Source: Minisyncoccia bacterium (GTDB lineage: Bacteria > Patescibacteriota > Minisyncoccia > Phycocordibacterales > UBA6065). Taken from it: a stretch of DNA of 64,000 nt. Both the position numbers and the translations under genes were made by a program. Shown here one piece after another: positions 18,239-27,769 of the stretch. Under the pieces are notes generated by a model, which made no database searches, was not told where the DNA came from, and saw nothing but the letters and a program-made list of their open reading frames with translations. Numbering within the stretch: the stretch's first letter is position 1; every line of letters starts with the position of its first letter. The stretch is from contig JBIIJY010000002.1 in assembly GCA_044233485.1 (NCBI GenBank), positions 8,047-72,046 on the forward strand, written 5' to 3'.

Positions 18239-18436
18239 TTACTTCACCCCCATCACGGGGATCGGGGTGATGTCCACGCGCCGAGGCGCGTTGGAAAGAC
18301 TCTGGGTTGCGAGGGGTGCGGGCGTTGCCTGCACCCCAGACTGTTCTGAGACCGATCGTTTCGAGGCACTCTGAATCGAATTCAAGAGAAGCAAGATGAC
18401 GATGGCACAGACGAGTAACGATGCGATTTTGCGCAT
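18239..18436 (-). CDS. small hypothetical secreted/membrane protein (65 aa)
   Basis: Hydrophobic N-terminus LLVCAIVILLLLNSIQSA. Stop abuts the downstream gene. Confidence 0.35.
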   Translation of the reverse strand: MRKIASLLVCAIVILLLLNSIQSASKRSVSEQSGVQATPAPLATQSLSNAPRRVDITPIPVMGVK

Positions 18437-18616
18437 ATTTTAGATGAATTGTTCCTGCAATTGAGAATCAGTCTGACACATTTTCCACACCACACGGTGC
18501 AAAAGCTGTAAAAGACCTTCTATTTACTAGTATATCACATATTACTGATATGTCAATAGCTATAGACCTACTCTCCACGATGACATTCACCTGCTCAACC
18601 CAACTCACCAGCCACA

Positions 18617-18645
18617 ATAAAAAACCGGCCGAAGCCGGTTTTTTA
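18617..18645. terminator. rho-independent terminator
   Basis: AAAAAACCGGCC-GAA-GCCGGTTTTTT directly after the stop of the sigma-like gene. Confidence 0.75.
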
Positions 18646-18647
18646 TA

Positions 18648-19712
18648 CTATTTTGCGAGAGCCACTCCTTCAGCTGGATGATATTTACCATCCTTGTCCT
18701 TACGGAAGAACTTTGGGTTCTGAAGATTCACGAGAATCGTATTTTCCTTAACATATCGTTCCTTAAGTACTTTTTCGATTACCTCCTGACGTGAGAGTGG
18801 ACCATTTTTCTCGAGTACTTCTCGAATGACATCCTTGACGACACCTGAGGCATATCCCCACTCCTTAAGAGCGTAGAGTCCACGGCCGACAAGAACGAAA
18901 CGACTGTCCTTGATGAGCTCGTTATGAGTTGTTGCCACGTGAGCTTTCTTGTTAAAAATCTTTTCAATCTGTCGAGCGACTTCCTTGAAGTGAATCGGTG
19001 ATCCGTGCTTTCGAATGACGAGGAAGGCGTAGTCTCGCATCCCTTTCGCCTTGATGTTTGGTGAGTGTGCCACTCCCCATTCACCGAGCGGATTTTTGTC
19101 CATTCGCTTTGAAATCTTGAGCCATCGCTTGATGATTTCCTCTTGCTTGTACTGCTCTGCCACTTCTTTCAAATGCTCGAGGAAGTTTGTGATCATGTCT
19201 GACTCTGCTACGAGATCTTCGTCTGTGAGACTTTCATAGAGCTTGTGAAGGGCGCCGTGAATCTTTTCTGCGTGCGTCTTGTCGATGAACCATCGATGCT
19301 GGAAATGATCATCTTCCTTATGTCGTGAGAATCGGTGTCCGGCAACGAGAAGGAAATGAAAATGGTTCTGAGTACTTTTATCTTTTGCAAATTCTTCGAG
19401 GAGATCTGACTCGACAACGATACCACCGAGTTCAGTAATCACTTTTTCAAGTTCAGCAAATTCTTTTACTGAGAGTTCGTACTCTTTTGATTTACGAATA
19501 TTGGTAAGGGCGTAGTTCTCAATCTGTCGAACTCGTTCTCGAGTGATGCCATAGATAGCACCGATCGCTTCGAGTGTCATTCGATCGGTATTTTTGCCAA
19601 GTCCATAACGAGCAATCAAGACCTCACGGGCTCGTTCTGGCAGACATTTGAGAAGTTGTTTGGTGAGCTGTTTCGGTTTAAACGAGAACTCACGCGCTTT
19701 TTTGGCACCCAT
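18648..19712 (-). CDS. DNA-binding protein with N-terminal sigma-70 region-4-like HTH and C-terminal HARE-HTH-like winged helix
   Basis: LIARYGL...MTLEAIGAIYGITRERVRQIENYAL is a classic region 4.2 HTH. The C-terminus has IHFKEVARQIEKIF...FVLVGRGLYALKEWGY. Confidence 0.55.
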   Translation of the reverse strand: MGAKKAREFSFKPKQLTKQLLKCLPERAREVLIARYGLGKNTDRMTLEAIGAIYGITRERVRQIENYALTNIRKSKEYELSVKEFAELEKVITELGGIVVESDLLEEFAKDKSTQNHFHFLLVAGHRFSRHKEDDHFQHRWFIDKTHAEKIHGALHKLYESLTDEDLVAESDMITNFLEHLKEVAEQYKQEEIIKRWLKISKRMDKNPLGEWGVAHSPNIKAKGMRDYAFLVIRKHGSPIHFKEVARQIEKIFNKKAHVATTHNELIKDSRFVLVGRGLYALKEWGYASGVVKDVIREVLEKNGPLSRQEVIEKVLKERYVKENTILVNLQNPKFFRKDKDGKYHPAEGVALAK

Positions 19713-19813
19713 TATTGTATAAATTATTTATGCTTGTAAATACGATATTACCATTTACTAGTCAAATAGTCAAATTCAAAGTAAAATACTCAGACCGAGC
19801 CAACGACGACCAC

Positions 19814-22800
19814 TTATTCCTTGAGAATCACATTAATAAGCTTGTCCTGTCTGAAGATTATACGCATAACCACCTTTCCTGCAAGCCATTTCGAGAGGCC
19901 ATTCTCAGTGTGGATAACTTCCATCACCTCCTGCTCACTCATTCCCCGCTTTACTGACACCGTCCCGCGAGTTTTACCCTGCACCTGCACCACAAGCTCT
20001 ACCGTATCAGTAATAAGCTTCGTTGCGTCCGCTACTGGCCAGGACGCCACGACAACGGACCCTTTGTTGCCAAGAGCGTTCCAGAGCTCTTCAGCCATAT
20101 GTGGAGCAAATGGAGCTAGAATCTTCACGAGAAGTTCAAAATCCTTCTTAGGAATCTTAACTTCTGCCTCAAGAGCATTAGTGAAGATCATCAATGCGGA
20201 AATTGCTGTGTTGAATTTCATCTCAGCGATATCACTCGTCACTTTTACAATAGTCTGATGCAACTTCGTCTCCACTGCAGGAGAAAGTACCACCGACGAA
20301 TCTTTGTACTCGACTTTCTCAGATAATCCCCATACTCGCTCGAGAAAACGACGAACACCCACCATCCCCGAAGTATTCCAAGCAATGGTTTCGGCAAATG
20401 GCCCCATGAACATCTCATACACGCGCATTGTATCCGCTCCGTACGTCTTGACCATTTCATCGGGATTGACCACGTTTCCGAAACGCTTACTCATCTTGCG
20501 ACCATCCTCACCCATGATGAGACCAACACTTTGAAGCTTCGTGAATGGCTCTCGAGTCGAAACCACGCCGATATCATAGAGAAACTTGTGCCAGAAACGA
20601 GCATAGATGAGGTGACGTGTCGCATGCTCTGCCCCACCAACATAGAGATCAACCGCATTCCAATACTGTTCTTTCACTGGATCAACAAGTGCTTTATTAT
20701 TTTTCGGATCCATATAGCGGAGATAATACCAAGATGACCCTGCCCACTGTGGCATCGTATTGGTTTCACGATACGCTTTGCACTCGCGATTAAGTACTCG
20801 ATGTATATCTTCGAAGTTCGAAAGGATCTGCGTGTCGGGCAATACTTCATTTAATTTCTGGAAACCATGATATCCCCACGCGCAGCCGACAAGCTTCCTG
20901 CGATCGAGGAGATTTTCAAGCTCATACACATCAGCTTTAGTGTCAGTGAAGTAGTAAACGTCCCGTACACCCACCTTCCAATCACGACAGATTTGCTCTA
21001 TCTTTTCTTCTTTCGAATGATGATCTTCGTACGCAAGAATATGTGTCGGTTTTAAACCAGATTTCTTCATTGCTTCAACCACATAGATACGTGAACCGGA
21101 AGATACCACAGCAATTTTTGTATTCTTGAATTTCTTGATCTCCTTAATGAAGTCATGGAAGAGATCGAATTTAGAATTCTTCATTATTTCACCGAACTTT
21201 TTCGACCATTGAAGAGCCTCTTCAAGCCGAGTTTGAGTAAGCATCTGATCTCGTGTGTGGAAAGGTTTTTTGTCAAAATACAGCACCATATCACGAGCCG
21301 CTTCCTCTTCATTTAAAGAGTCGCCAATCTGAACTTTTGCCTTGAGTGTTGCCATCCAGGTATCGCCAAGTACACCGTCAAAGTCAAAGACAAAGTAGCG
21401 AGGCTTATTTTTCTCCGCAACACAGCGCGGACAGGTCGTCTCGACCCACTTGGTAATTGCCGCGAGTGGCGACTCTCCGGTACCAGTCGGTTCATATGAC
21501 TTCACATTTGGAAGTTCTACCGGTAGATCGGCATCGTCGATCAAAAATGTTCCATGCACCGGGCACGTTGCTACAGGAAAAGGCTCGCCCCAGTATCGCT
21601 GACGTGAGAACACCCAATCCTTGAGCCGGTACTTCACTTCCCAGGTACCACCGAGCGCTTGCGTGATTTCTTTTCGACTGGCGAATGCTTCTTTACCACT
21701 AAACGCACCCGAGTCGAGTAGATACCCGTCGCCGGTATACACTCCCTGACCACGAGTGACCAGGTTCCAACCATGGAGATAGGCACGAGTATCGCCTGCT
21801 TCTTTTCCACTCTCAATGAAAGTGTGTACCGCATCTTTTGCCACCCACTCATATGAGTGCTTCGCCAGCTCTGCAAGCTCTATCGGATCCTGAGCTCCGT
21901 CTTTGAGCTCGACCAGCACAGTATGGATCGTGCTCTTTTGATTGTGTTTTTTCCCTGGATGATAAAAATGACTGATGGATGGACTTTGGAACTCGGTGAC
22001 ACGTGCAATATTTCGGTACCCAGTTTCTTCGACGAGTTCTCGAAGTGCGGCATCACTTGGCTTCTCTCCACTTTCAATTCCGCCAGTAATAAATGTTTTC
22101 CAACCGACTTTCCAGTTCAAACACAAGTACGAATCATTGTTCCAATGCTTCGCAATCACAAGGACGACATCTCGCGTGACTTCTGGTGCATCTTGCTTTG
22201 GCGTACACTGCCCAGTCGTATCGACATAGAGCGGAGCGACTACTGTCTGAATCGGAAGTTTGCATGTTTGGGCAAATTCAAAATCACGCTCATCATGAGC
22301 TGGCACCGCCATCACTGCTCCGGTACCATAACTTCCAAGCACATAGTCAGCAACATAGACCGGCACTGGCTTTTTTGTAAATGGATTGATTGCCTGTACA
22401 CCCTTCAAGACGACGCCGGTTTTTTGCGCCACCTCTGTCCGTGTTCGCTCAGTCTTTTTTAGTGATTCCTGCACATACGCCGATACTGCTTGAGCATCTG
22501 CGCCACCACGGGCAGTATATTCTTTGACGAGAGCATGCTCTGGAGCGACCACAACATAGGTAACTCCGGCAATCGTGTCCGGACGAGTAGTGAATACGTG
22601 AAGCTCACTATGGGCACTCTCAGCTTCATGAGTAAGCGCAAAGGTGAGACGTGCTCCTTCACTGCGACCGATCCAGTTTCGCTGACTCTCCTTTATTGAC
22701 TCTGGCCAATCAAGAAGTGGCTTAGGAAACCCTCGAGATGGATCTTTGAGGCGTAGTAGCCATTCAGGAAGTTCTGAATTGACCATGTGCGGTGGAGCGA

Positions 22801-23851
22801 ACTCACTTTCAGAAACCCACAAAATTTCGTTTTGTGCATCTTCACCTGGAGCGAGGGCGACACGAGCATCACTTTGAAGTTCAAAAAGTACCGCGGTCGA
22901 GATTGAGATGCGATTTTCGCCTTTATGCTTTGCAAAATAGTGAGCTTCGACCGGCGCGCCGAGTGTACGAACAAATTTCAAATCGGTATACCCTGTCTCT
23001 TCACGAACTTCACGCTGTGCGGCTTGCACAGCATTCTCCCCTTCCTCAATTCCACCAATAATAAGCGTATCCCACGCAAACTTCTTATTTCGAATAATCA
23101 AATATTTCTTTGACTTTGGGTCAAAAACAATCGCATGAGCCGCCTGGCGAGTGACACTAGGCTTGCCTGATTGAGGTGGATTCACGTGATCTACAACCTT
23201 TGGGATCGGTGGCTCGGCAACCGCATCGAGATCAGCCAAAAGTCGATCGGCATAATCCGTGATTTTGAGTACCCACTGACGAAGTGGTTTTTGCTCCACA
23301 AGCGAGTCACAACGCTCACAGTGTCCATCGACGACGTCTTCGTTTGCCAAACCGGTCTTACATGAAGGACACCAGTTGATCGGCTCAAATGACTCATACG
23401 CAAGCCCCTTCTCGTGCATCTTCGCAAAGACCCACTGAGTCCATTTATAAAATGCTGGGTCAGTCGTATTAACCTCTCGTGACCAGTCATAGTCAAGACC
23501 GAGAATCTCGAGCTGTTTTTTATATCGCGCAACATTTTTCTTTACTGAAACCTGCGGATTAGTTTTTGTTTTGATCGCATAGTTTTCTGCCGGAAGGCCG
23601 AAAGCGTCGAACCCCATCGGGTGCAACACATTGAAACCCTGCATACGCTTCATACGAGAGATGATATCAGTGGCAATATACCCTTTTGGGTGCCCGACAT
23701 GGAGCCCCTCACCAGACGGGTATGGGAACATATCGAGAATGTAGTACTTTGGAGCCTGAGTAGCCAGTGCCTCAGCTGTTTTATATACCTTTTTTTGAGC
23801 CCACACTTTTTGCCACTTTTTTTCTATCTTGGCTGGGTCGTATTTTTTCAT
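19814..23851 (-). CDS. leuS: leucyl-tRNA synthetase with three inserted hydrolase domains (2x NUDIX, 1x HAD); 1345 aa
   Basis: LeuS signatures: MFPYPSGEGLHVGHPKGY, PMGFDAFGLPAEN, WPESIKESQRNWIGRSEG, YRLKDWVFSRQRYWGEPFP, KMSKRFGNV and a C-terminal domain. Insertions carry Nudix boxes (GGIEEGENAVQAAQREVREETGY; GGIESGEKPSDAALRELVEETGY) and HAD motif I (FVFDFDGVLGDTW). Confidence 0.85.
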   Translation of the reverse strand: MKKYDPAKIEKKWQKVWAQKKVYKTAEALATQAPKYYILDMFPYPSGEGLHVGHPKGYIATDIISRMKRMQGFNVLHPMGFDAFGLPAENYAIKTKTNPQVSVKKNVARYKKQLEILGLDYDWSREVNTTDPAFYKWTQWVFAKMHEKGLAYESFEPINWCPSCKTGLANEDVVDGHCERCDSLVEQKPLRQWVLKITDYADRLLADLDAVAEPPIPKVVDHVNPPQSGKPSVTRQAAHAIVFDPKSKKYLIIRNKKFAWDTLIIGGIEEGENAVQAAQREVREETGYTDLKFVRTLGAPVEAHYFAKHKGENRISISTAVLFELQSDARVALAPGEDAQNEILWVSESEFAPPHMVNSELPEWLLRLKDPSRGFPKPLLDWPESIKESQRNWIGRSEGARLTFALTHEAESAHSELHVFTTRPDTIAGVTYVVVAPEHALVKEYTARGGADAQAVSAYVQESLKKTERTRTEVAQKTGVVLKGVQAINPFTKKPVPVYVADYVLGSYGTGAVMAVPAHDERDFEFAQTCKLPIQTVVAPLYVDTTGQCTPKQDAPEVTRDVVLVIAKHWNNDSYLCLNWKVGWKTFITGGIESGEKPSDAALRELVEETGYRNIARVTEFQSPSISHFYHPGKKHNQKSTIHTVLVELKDGAQDPIELAELAKHSYEWVAKDAVHTFIESGKEAGDTRAYLHGWNLVTRGQGVYTGDGYLLDSGAFSGKEAFASRKEITQALGGTWEVKYRLKDWVFSRQRYWGEPFPVATCPVHGTFLIDDADLPVELPNVKSYEPTGTGESPLAAITKWVETTCPRCVAEKNKPRYFVFDFDGVLGDTWMATLKAKVQIGDSLNEEEAARDMVLYFDKKPFHTRDQMLTQTRLEEALQWSKKFGEIMKNSKFDLFHDFIKEIKKFKNTKIAVVSSGSRIYVVEAMKKSGLKPTHILAYEDHHSKEEKIEQICRDWKVGVRDVYYFTDTKADVYELENLLDRRKLVGCAWGYHGFQKLNEVLPDTQILSNFEDIHRVLNRECKAYRETNTMPQWAGSSWYYLRYMDPKNNKALVDPVKEQYWNAVDLYVGGAEHATRHLIYARFWHKFLYDIGVVSTREPFTKLQSVGLIMGEDGRKMSKRFGNVVNPDEMVKTYGADTMRVYEMFMGPFAETIAWNTSGMVGVRRFLERVWGLSEKVEYKDSSVVLSPAVETKLHQTIVKVTSDIAEMKFNTAISALMIFTNALEAEVKIPKKDFELLVKILAPFAPHMAEELWNALGNKGSVVVASWPVADATKLITDTVELVVQVQGKTRGTVSVKRGMSEQEVMEVIHTENGLSKWLAGKVVMRIIFRQDKLINVILKE

Positions 23852-23882
23852 TGTTGTAATACCAAAATATCACAGACTCGTC

Positions 23883-23918
23883 AAAAAGAAAAAGCCCCCG
23901 ACCTACGGTCGGGGGCTT
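23883..23918 (-). terminator. rho-independent terminator (minus strand) ending the trmD-side transcript before leuS
   Basis: Minus strand: AAGCCCCCGACC-GTAG-GTCGGGGGCTT followed by TTTTCTTTTT. Confidence 0.7.
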
Positions 23919-23919
23919 C

Positions 23920-24289
23920 GCGAAAGAATTTTCAGGCTTGTGCCATGACCCCTCTTGGCTCACGCCGATAGGGACGAATATGCGGCGGGCGGGCGGGTCG
24001 GGTCTGCGCCCGAGTCCGAGAGTGGCGGTCAATGCGACCAGGGTGCCGTCCGAGGCTTCGGGTATTGTTCCTCGGGGTAAACACTCTGATATAGAACGCC
24101 ATCATCGAGCCGATGTGGTGTGGCGGAGTTACAAGCGCTCTCAACGGCCCGTGATAGAGCTCGATCGAGACCGGTTCGGGAATCACAAGGATTCCGAGCG
24201 TGGAGCATGCGCCAAGGAAGGCAAGCACGGGGCAATGGGAAGCTATTCCTGCATAGTGGGTTCTCATTCAGGAAAAATCGTACTCCTTT
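23920..24289 (-). other. GC-rich (about 60%) non-coding island between trmD and the terminator; candidate structured ncRNA or decayed rplS slot
   Basis: No credible conserved ORF. The only ORF is 111 aa, Arg/Pro-rich and unrecognisable. Base composition is strongly skewed against the flanks. Ends at an intrinsic terminator. Sits where rplS normally follows trmD. Confidence 0.35.
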
Positions 24290-24970
24290 TTATGAATTTG
24301 GCAACTGCCGTCGGCGTGACTGTTTCCAGGCTTCTATTTTTGCATGATCGCCAGAGAGTAGTACTTCGGGCACCTGATACTTCTTTTTTTTATATGAAAA
24401 AACTGCCGGACGTGTATAAACATCAGGACTTGCGGTGCGATCGTCTTCCAGTGAATTAAAATTTCCAAGCACTCCTTCTACTTGCCGAGCAAGAACATCG
24501 AGTATGAGCATTGCCGGAACTTCACCACCAGTAAGGACAAAGGGTCCCACTGAGACTTCTTCGACTGGGAATACTTCTTTAACTCGGGCATCGATGCCTT
24601 CGTAGCGACCACAGATGATCACCACGTCATCTGTCTGCCCCACCACTTCACGAGCGTACTCGTTGGTAAACTGCTTTCCCTGTGGTGAAAGAAAGATAAT
24701 CCGTACATTCTTTTTTCGACCAACCGCTTTCGCGATCGCTTTTATGACCGGGAGCGCTTCAAGCACCATCCCTGGACCGCCACCATAGGGCTTGTCGTCA
24801 ATGCGACGATCATCGTAGGTGGGGTTCTTTTTGGTTTTCGCTGGGCCAAAATCTTTCGGATCGTAGAACGTTACGCGGATTTTCTTGTCTTCGCGGGCAC
24901 GTTTCAAGATAGACTCAGCGAGATATGAGTCGAAGGCATGCGGAAAAAGTGTAATGATATGAAAATTCAT
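24290..24970 (-). CDS. trmD: tRNA (guanine37-N1)-methyltransferase TrmD
   Basis: MNFHIITLFP N-terminus, SPOUT knot region, C-terminal GGYE-type motifs (VEEVSVGPFVLTGGE). Confidence 0.9.
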   Translation of the reverse strand: MNFHIITLFPHAFDSYLAESILKRAREDKKIRVTFYDPKDFGPAKTKKNPTYDDRRIDDKPYGGGPGMVLEALPVIKAIAKAVGRKKNVRIIFLSPQGKQFTNEYAREVVGQTDDVVIICGRYEGIDARVKEVFPVEEVSVGPFVLTGGEVPAMLILDVLARQVEGVLGNFNSLEDDRTASPDVYTRPAVFSYKKKKYQVPEVLLSGDHAKIEAWKQSRRRQLPNS

Positions 24971-24991
24971 GCGTAGATTACCGAAACGTAC

Positions 24992-25294
24992 TTAGAGATC
25001 GAGTCCTTCAAGCGCCTCATCGACGGTCTTGGCTGGACGAGTACTTCCCTCTGGCTCAACAATCTTAAGATTCACTCGAGCACTTGTCTTCATTCCTACT
25101 ACACGCAAGAGAGTTCGGATCGCCTTGGCAGTATTACCCTGCTTACCGATGATCTTACCCATATCGTCCTGGTGAACATCGAGCGTCAGGAGCACCCCCA
25201 TCTCATCAACGGTACGCTTTATGGTTACCTTATCGGGATTGTTTACAAGCGCTTTTACTACGTACTCGAGAAATGCTTGATCAGCGTATTCCAT
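24992..25294 (-). CDS. KH-domain RNA-binding protein (YlqC/UPF0109 family)
   Basis: IIGKQGNTAKAIRTLL is the GXXG KH loop. Typical position between rpsP and trmD. Confidence 0.8.
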   Translation of the reverse strand: MEYADQAFLEYVVKALVNNPDKVTIKRTVDEMGVLLTLDVHQDDMGKIIGKQGNTAKAIRTLLRVVGMKTSARVNLKIVEPEGSTRPAKTVDEALEGLDL

Positions 25295-25392
25295 ATATAT
25301 ATGTTAGAGCAGAATCACCACACTAAACCATCTGCGTATCTGCTTATACTTAATGCTAATAAATATCCACACCCTGTCAAGACACTTTCTAC

Positions 25393-25421
25393 AAAAAAGC
25401 CCTCATCTGAGGGCTTTTTTG
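25393..25421. terminator. rho-independent hairpin downstream of rpsP (possible attenuator within the rpsP-trmD operon)
   Basis: AAAAAAGCCCTCA-TC-TGAGGGCTTTTTTG. Confidence 0.6.
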
Positions 25422-25423
25422 TA

Positions 25424-25780
25424 TTACGCTGCTGGCGCGACTTCAGGAGTCGGTTCAGCTTTTGGTGCCTCGGCAGCTGGAGCAGCTGCTTCTACTTTCT
25501 TTGGAGCAGTCTTTTTTGGAAGAGCATTCACTTTCTTGCCTGGAATTACTTTTGAAGCAACAAGGAAGTTGTGAACGGTGTCAGAAACCTGAGCACCCTT
25601 TGAAATCCAGTACTTTACTCGGTCTGCATCGACTTTCTTGTCTTTGTCATTTCGAGGATTGTAGTGACCGACGATTTCAACATCTACTCCACGACGAGCA
25701 GCGTTCTTGTGGTCTGTCACCACGATTCGGAAGTCATTTACGTTTTTGCGACCTATGCGCTTGAGACGAATTTTTAACAT
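25424..25780 (-). CDS. rpsP: 30S ribosomal protein S16 with Lys/Ala/Pro-rich C-terminal extension
   Basis: MLKIRLKRIGRKNVNDFRIVVTDHKNAARRG...YNP. Start at ATG 25780. Confidence 0.9.
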   Translation of the reverse strand: MLKIRLKRIGRKNVNDFRIVVTDHKNAARRGVDVEIVGHYNPRNDKDKKVDADRVKYWISKGAQVSDTVHNFLVASKVIPGKKVNALPKKTAPKKVEAAAPAAEAPKAEPTPEVAPAA

Positions 25781-25972
25781 AGGCACTAGTGTAGCAGTTT
25801 TAGCGAATTTGGTCAACCAAATAAGCCTTTGTTTACGACTCTTCTCCTCTGTATATAAAGAGTGCTCGCTTTGCCCAAAAAATAGGTACACTGCTACCTA
25901 CCCGGCAATCCTTGTCAATTCTCATTTAAATGCAAAGTGCTATACTCGACTGGTAATTTATCAAACGAAACC

Positions 25973-27181
25973 ATGCCTCAAATCATCCCTGAAGTAGAAA
26001 CATTTGCGCGTATTAAAGTGATCGGCGTTGGCGGATCTGGAAAGAATGCCGTCAATCACATGGTCAACTCAAAGGTCAAAGGAGTTGAATTCGTCGCGAT
26101 CAATACTGATGCGCAAGATCTCCATCACTCGATGGCCAAGCGAAAGATTCATATTGGAAAAAATCTCACCAAAGGACTCGGTACTGGAATGAATCCAGAA
26201 TATGGACGACGAGCAGCAGAAGAGACCAAAGAAGAGATTCAGGAAGCGCTCAAGGGTTCTGATATGGTCTTCATTACCGGAGGACTTGGTGGTGGAACTT
26301 TTACCGGCTCAAGTCCAGTGATCGCAAAAATCGCAAAAGAGCTCGGTATCCTCACGGTAGCCGTGACGACAAAACCTTTTTCATTTGAAGGTCTTCAGCG
26401 AGGCAAGGTGGCCGACCAGGGACTCGCTGCTCTCCGCAGTGAAGTTGATGCGATCATCGTCATCCCAAACGACCGCATTCTCTCAATCGCTTCAAAGGAA
26501 ACCACTATCAATCAGGCATTCGCGATGTGTAATGATGTCTTGAAGCAAGCAGTCGAAGGTATTTCAGACCTCATCACGAGTCCCGGAACAATCAACACTG
26601 ACTTTGCCGACATCAAGACCGTTCTTGAATCTGCTGGTTCAGCTATCATGGGTATCGGTCTCGGTTCAGGTGAAAAACGTGCAGAGGAAGCAGCACGAAT
26701 GGCAATCAACTCTCCTCTTTTGGATATTTCTATTCACGGTGCCAAAGGAGTTCTCTTCTCAATTACTGGTGGTGATGATGTTACCATCTTTGAAGTTCAG
26801 GATGCGGCGAAGATTATTACTGAGTCTGTCGATCCAAACGCTAAGATCAAGTACGGTGTCATCCGAGACGAGCGTCTCAAGAAGGGCGAAATCAAACTCA
26901 CGGTTATCGCTGCTGGTTTTGGCGAGACCTCATCAGCGAGCAAGCGTATGACTTTTACTCAACCAGCTCAATCTCAGAGTCAGCAAAGTTCATATGTGAT
27001 TCCAGTCTCAAGTCAGGCAGAAGAGACACGACCACAAGGAGCGATCTACAACTCTCTTCCGCAGGTAGAAAAGAAACCAGACACCAAGCCTGTCGAAGAA
27101 AAGAAAGAAGTCGATATCGACGCCAACGACGAAGACTGGGGTGCAGTGCCAGCCTTCCTACGAAGATCAAAACTCAAATAA
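25973..27181 (+). CDS. ftsZ: cell division GTPase FtsZ
   Basis: [17 protein letters not shown], tubulin signature GGGTGTG-like ([14 protein letters not shown]), C-terminal DIPAFLR-like tail ([10 protein letters not shown]). An alternative upstream ATG lies at 25937. Confidence 0.9.
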   Translation: MPQIIPEVETFARIKVIGVGGSGKNAVNHMVNSKVKGVEFVAINTDAQDLHHSMAKRKIHIGKNLTKGLGTGMNPEYGRRAAEETKEEIQEALKGSDMVFITGGLGGGTFTGSSPVIAKIAKELGILTVAVTTKPFSFEGLQRGKVADQGLAALRSEVDAIIVIPNDRILSIASKETTINQAFAMCNDVLKQAVEGISDLITSPGTINTDFADIKTVLESAGSAIMGIGLGSGEKRAEEAARMAINSPLLDISIHGAKGVLFSITGGDDVTIFEVQDAAKIITESVDPNAKIKYGVIRDERLKKGEIKLTVIAAGFGETSSASKRMTFTQPAQSQSQQSSYVIPVSSQAEETRPQGAIYNSLPQVEKKPDTKPVEEKKEVDIDANDEDWGAVPAFLRRSKLK

Positions 27182-27185
27182 AAAA

Positions 27186-27205
27186 GCGGCCTCTGGGCCG
27201 TTTTT
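27186..27205 (+). terminator. rho-independent terminator after ftsZ
   Basis: GCGGCC-TCTG-GGCCG followed by TTTTT. Confidence 0.65.
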
Positions 27206-27227
27206 CGTTTTATGACTATTTGACTTA

Positions 27228-27259
27228 CGAAAATAGGGCGGGCACTTTCGTGCCCGCCC
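27228..27259 (-). terminator. rho-independent terminator for the minus-strand gene ending at 27297
   Basis: GGGCGGGCAC-TTTC-GTGCCCGCCC with a T-run on the minus strand. Confidence 0.55.
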
Positions 27260-27296
27260 CGCGCGCGACTCCATCAGGAGCCGATGGCTGACTCCT

Positions 27297-27605
27297 TCAG
27301 GAGGAAAGAAAAGCTTGTTGAAAGCCTGCCCCCTTCAAGGCAGTTAGCAGCTCTGCTCGCTGTGCAGGCGATTTGATCTCAAACTCCACATCAACCACTC
27401 CATTCACCCTTACGGATTTGGCTGTGAATTTCTTCCCACCGAGCTCGATCGTCGCCTGACTTCCCTTGACCCTAAGTGCTTGCGGGAACGGATCCACTTG
27501 ACCCTGGTAGGTGATAGCGACAATTGTCGTTCGGATCACATTGGTTGGACTTGCCGATGTAACTGCCGCCTTTTTGGGGGCATCAGGTCCTGCTACTTTT
27601 GCCAT
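27297..27605 (-). CDS. hypothetical protein (about 103 aa)
   Basis: ORF from ATG 27605 (MAKVAGPDAPKK...), followed by its own terminator. No recognised motif. Confidence 0.4.
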   Translation of the reverse strand: MAKVAGPDAPKKAAVTSASPTNVIRTTIVAITYQGQVDPFPQALRVKGSQATIELGGKKFTAKSVRVNGVVDVEFEIKSPAQRAELLTALKGAGFQQAFLSS

Positions 27606-27769
27606 CTTATCGTTGTGTTTGGTGCTTGCTTCAATGTGTGGGAGAAAGCCATCTCTCCTGCGCACATTGATTTCGAAATATACTATACAATATATGTACT
27701 ATGTGTGCAAGTACTTCCCCTGTGTGCCACTTCTTTTAATTCCTCCATCATCACTTTATACTGATACAC

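Noticed and set aside
23852-24289. RNase P RNA, tmRNA, SRP RNA or 6S identity for the GC-rich island
   Set aside because: By eye I could not find the universal P4 (AGGAAAGUCCGGGC / ACAGAAnCCGGCUUA) motifs, tmRNA tag and tRNA-like ends, or the SRP helix-8 GGAA/AGCAG motif. Left as unassigned.
23938-24459. 173-aa plus-strand ORF and several 60-110-aa ORFs in the GC-rich island
   Set aside because: Overlap trmD on the opposite strand, or are low-complexity Arg/Pro-rich artefacts of GC-rich DNA.
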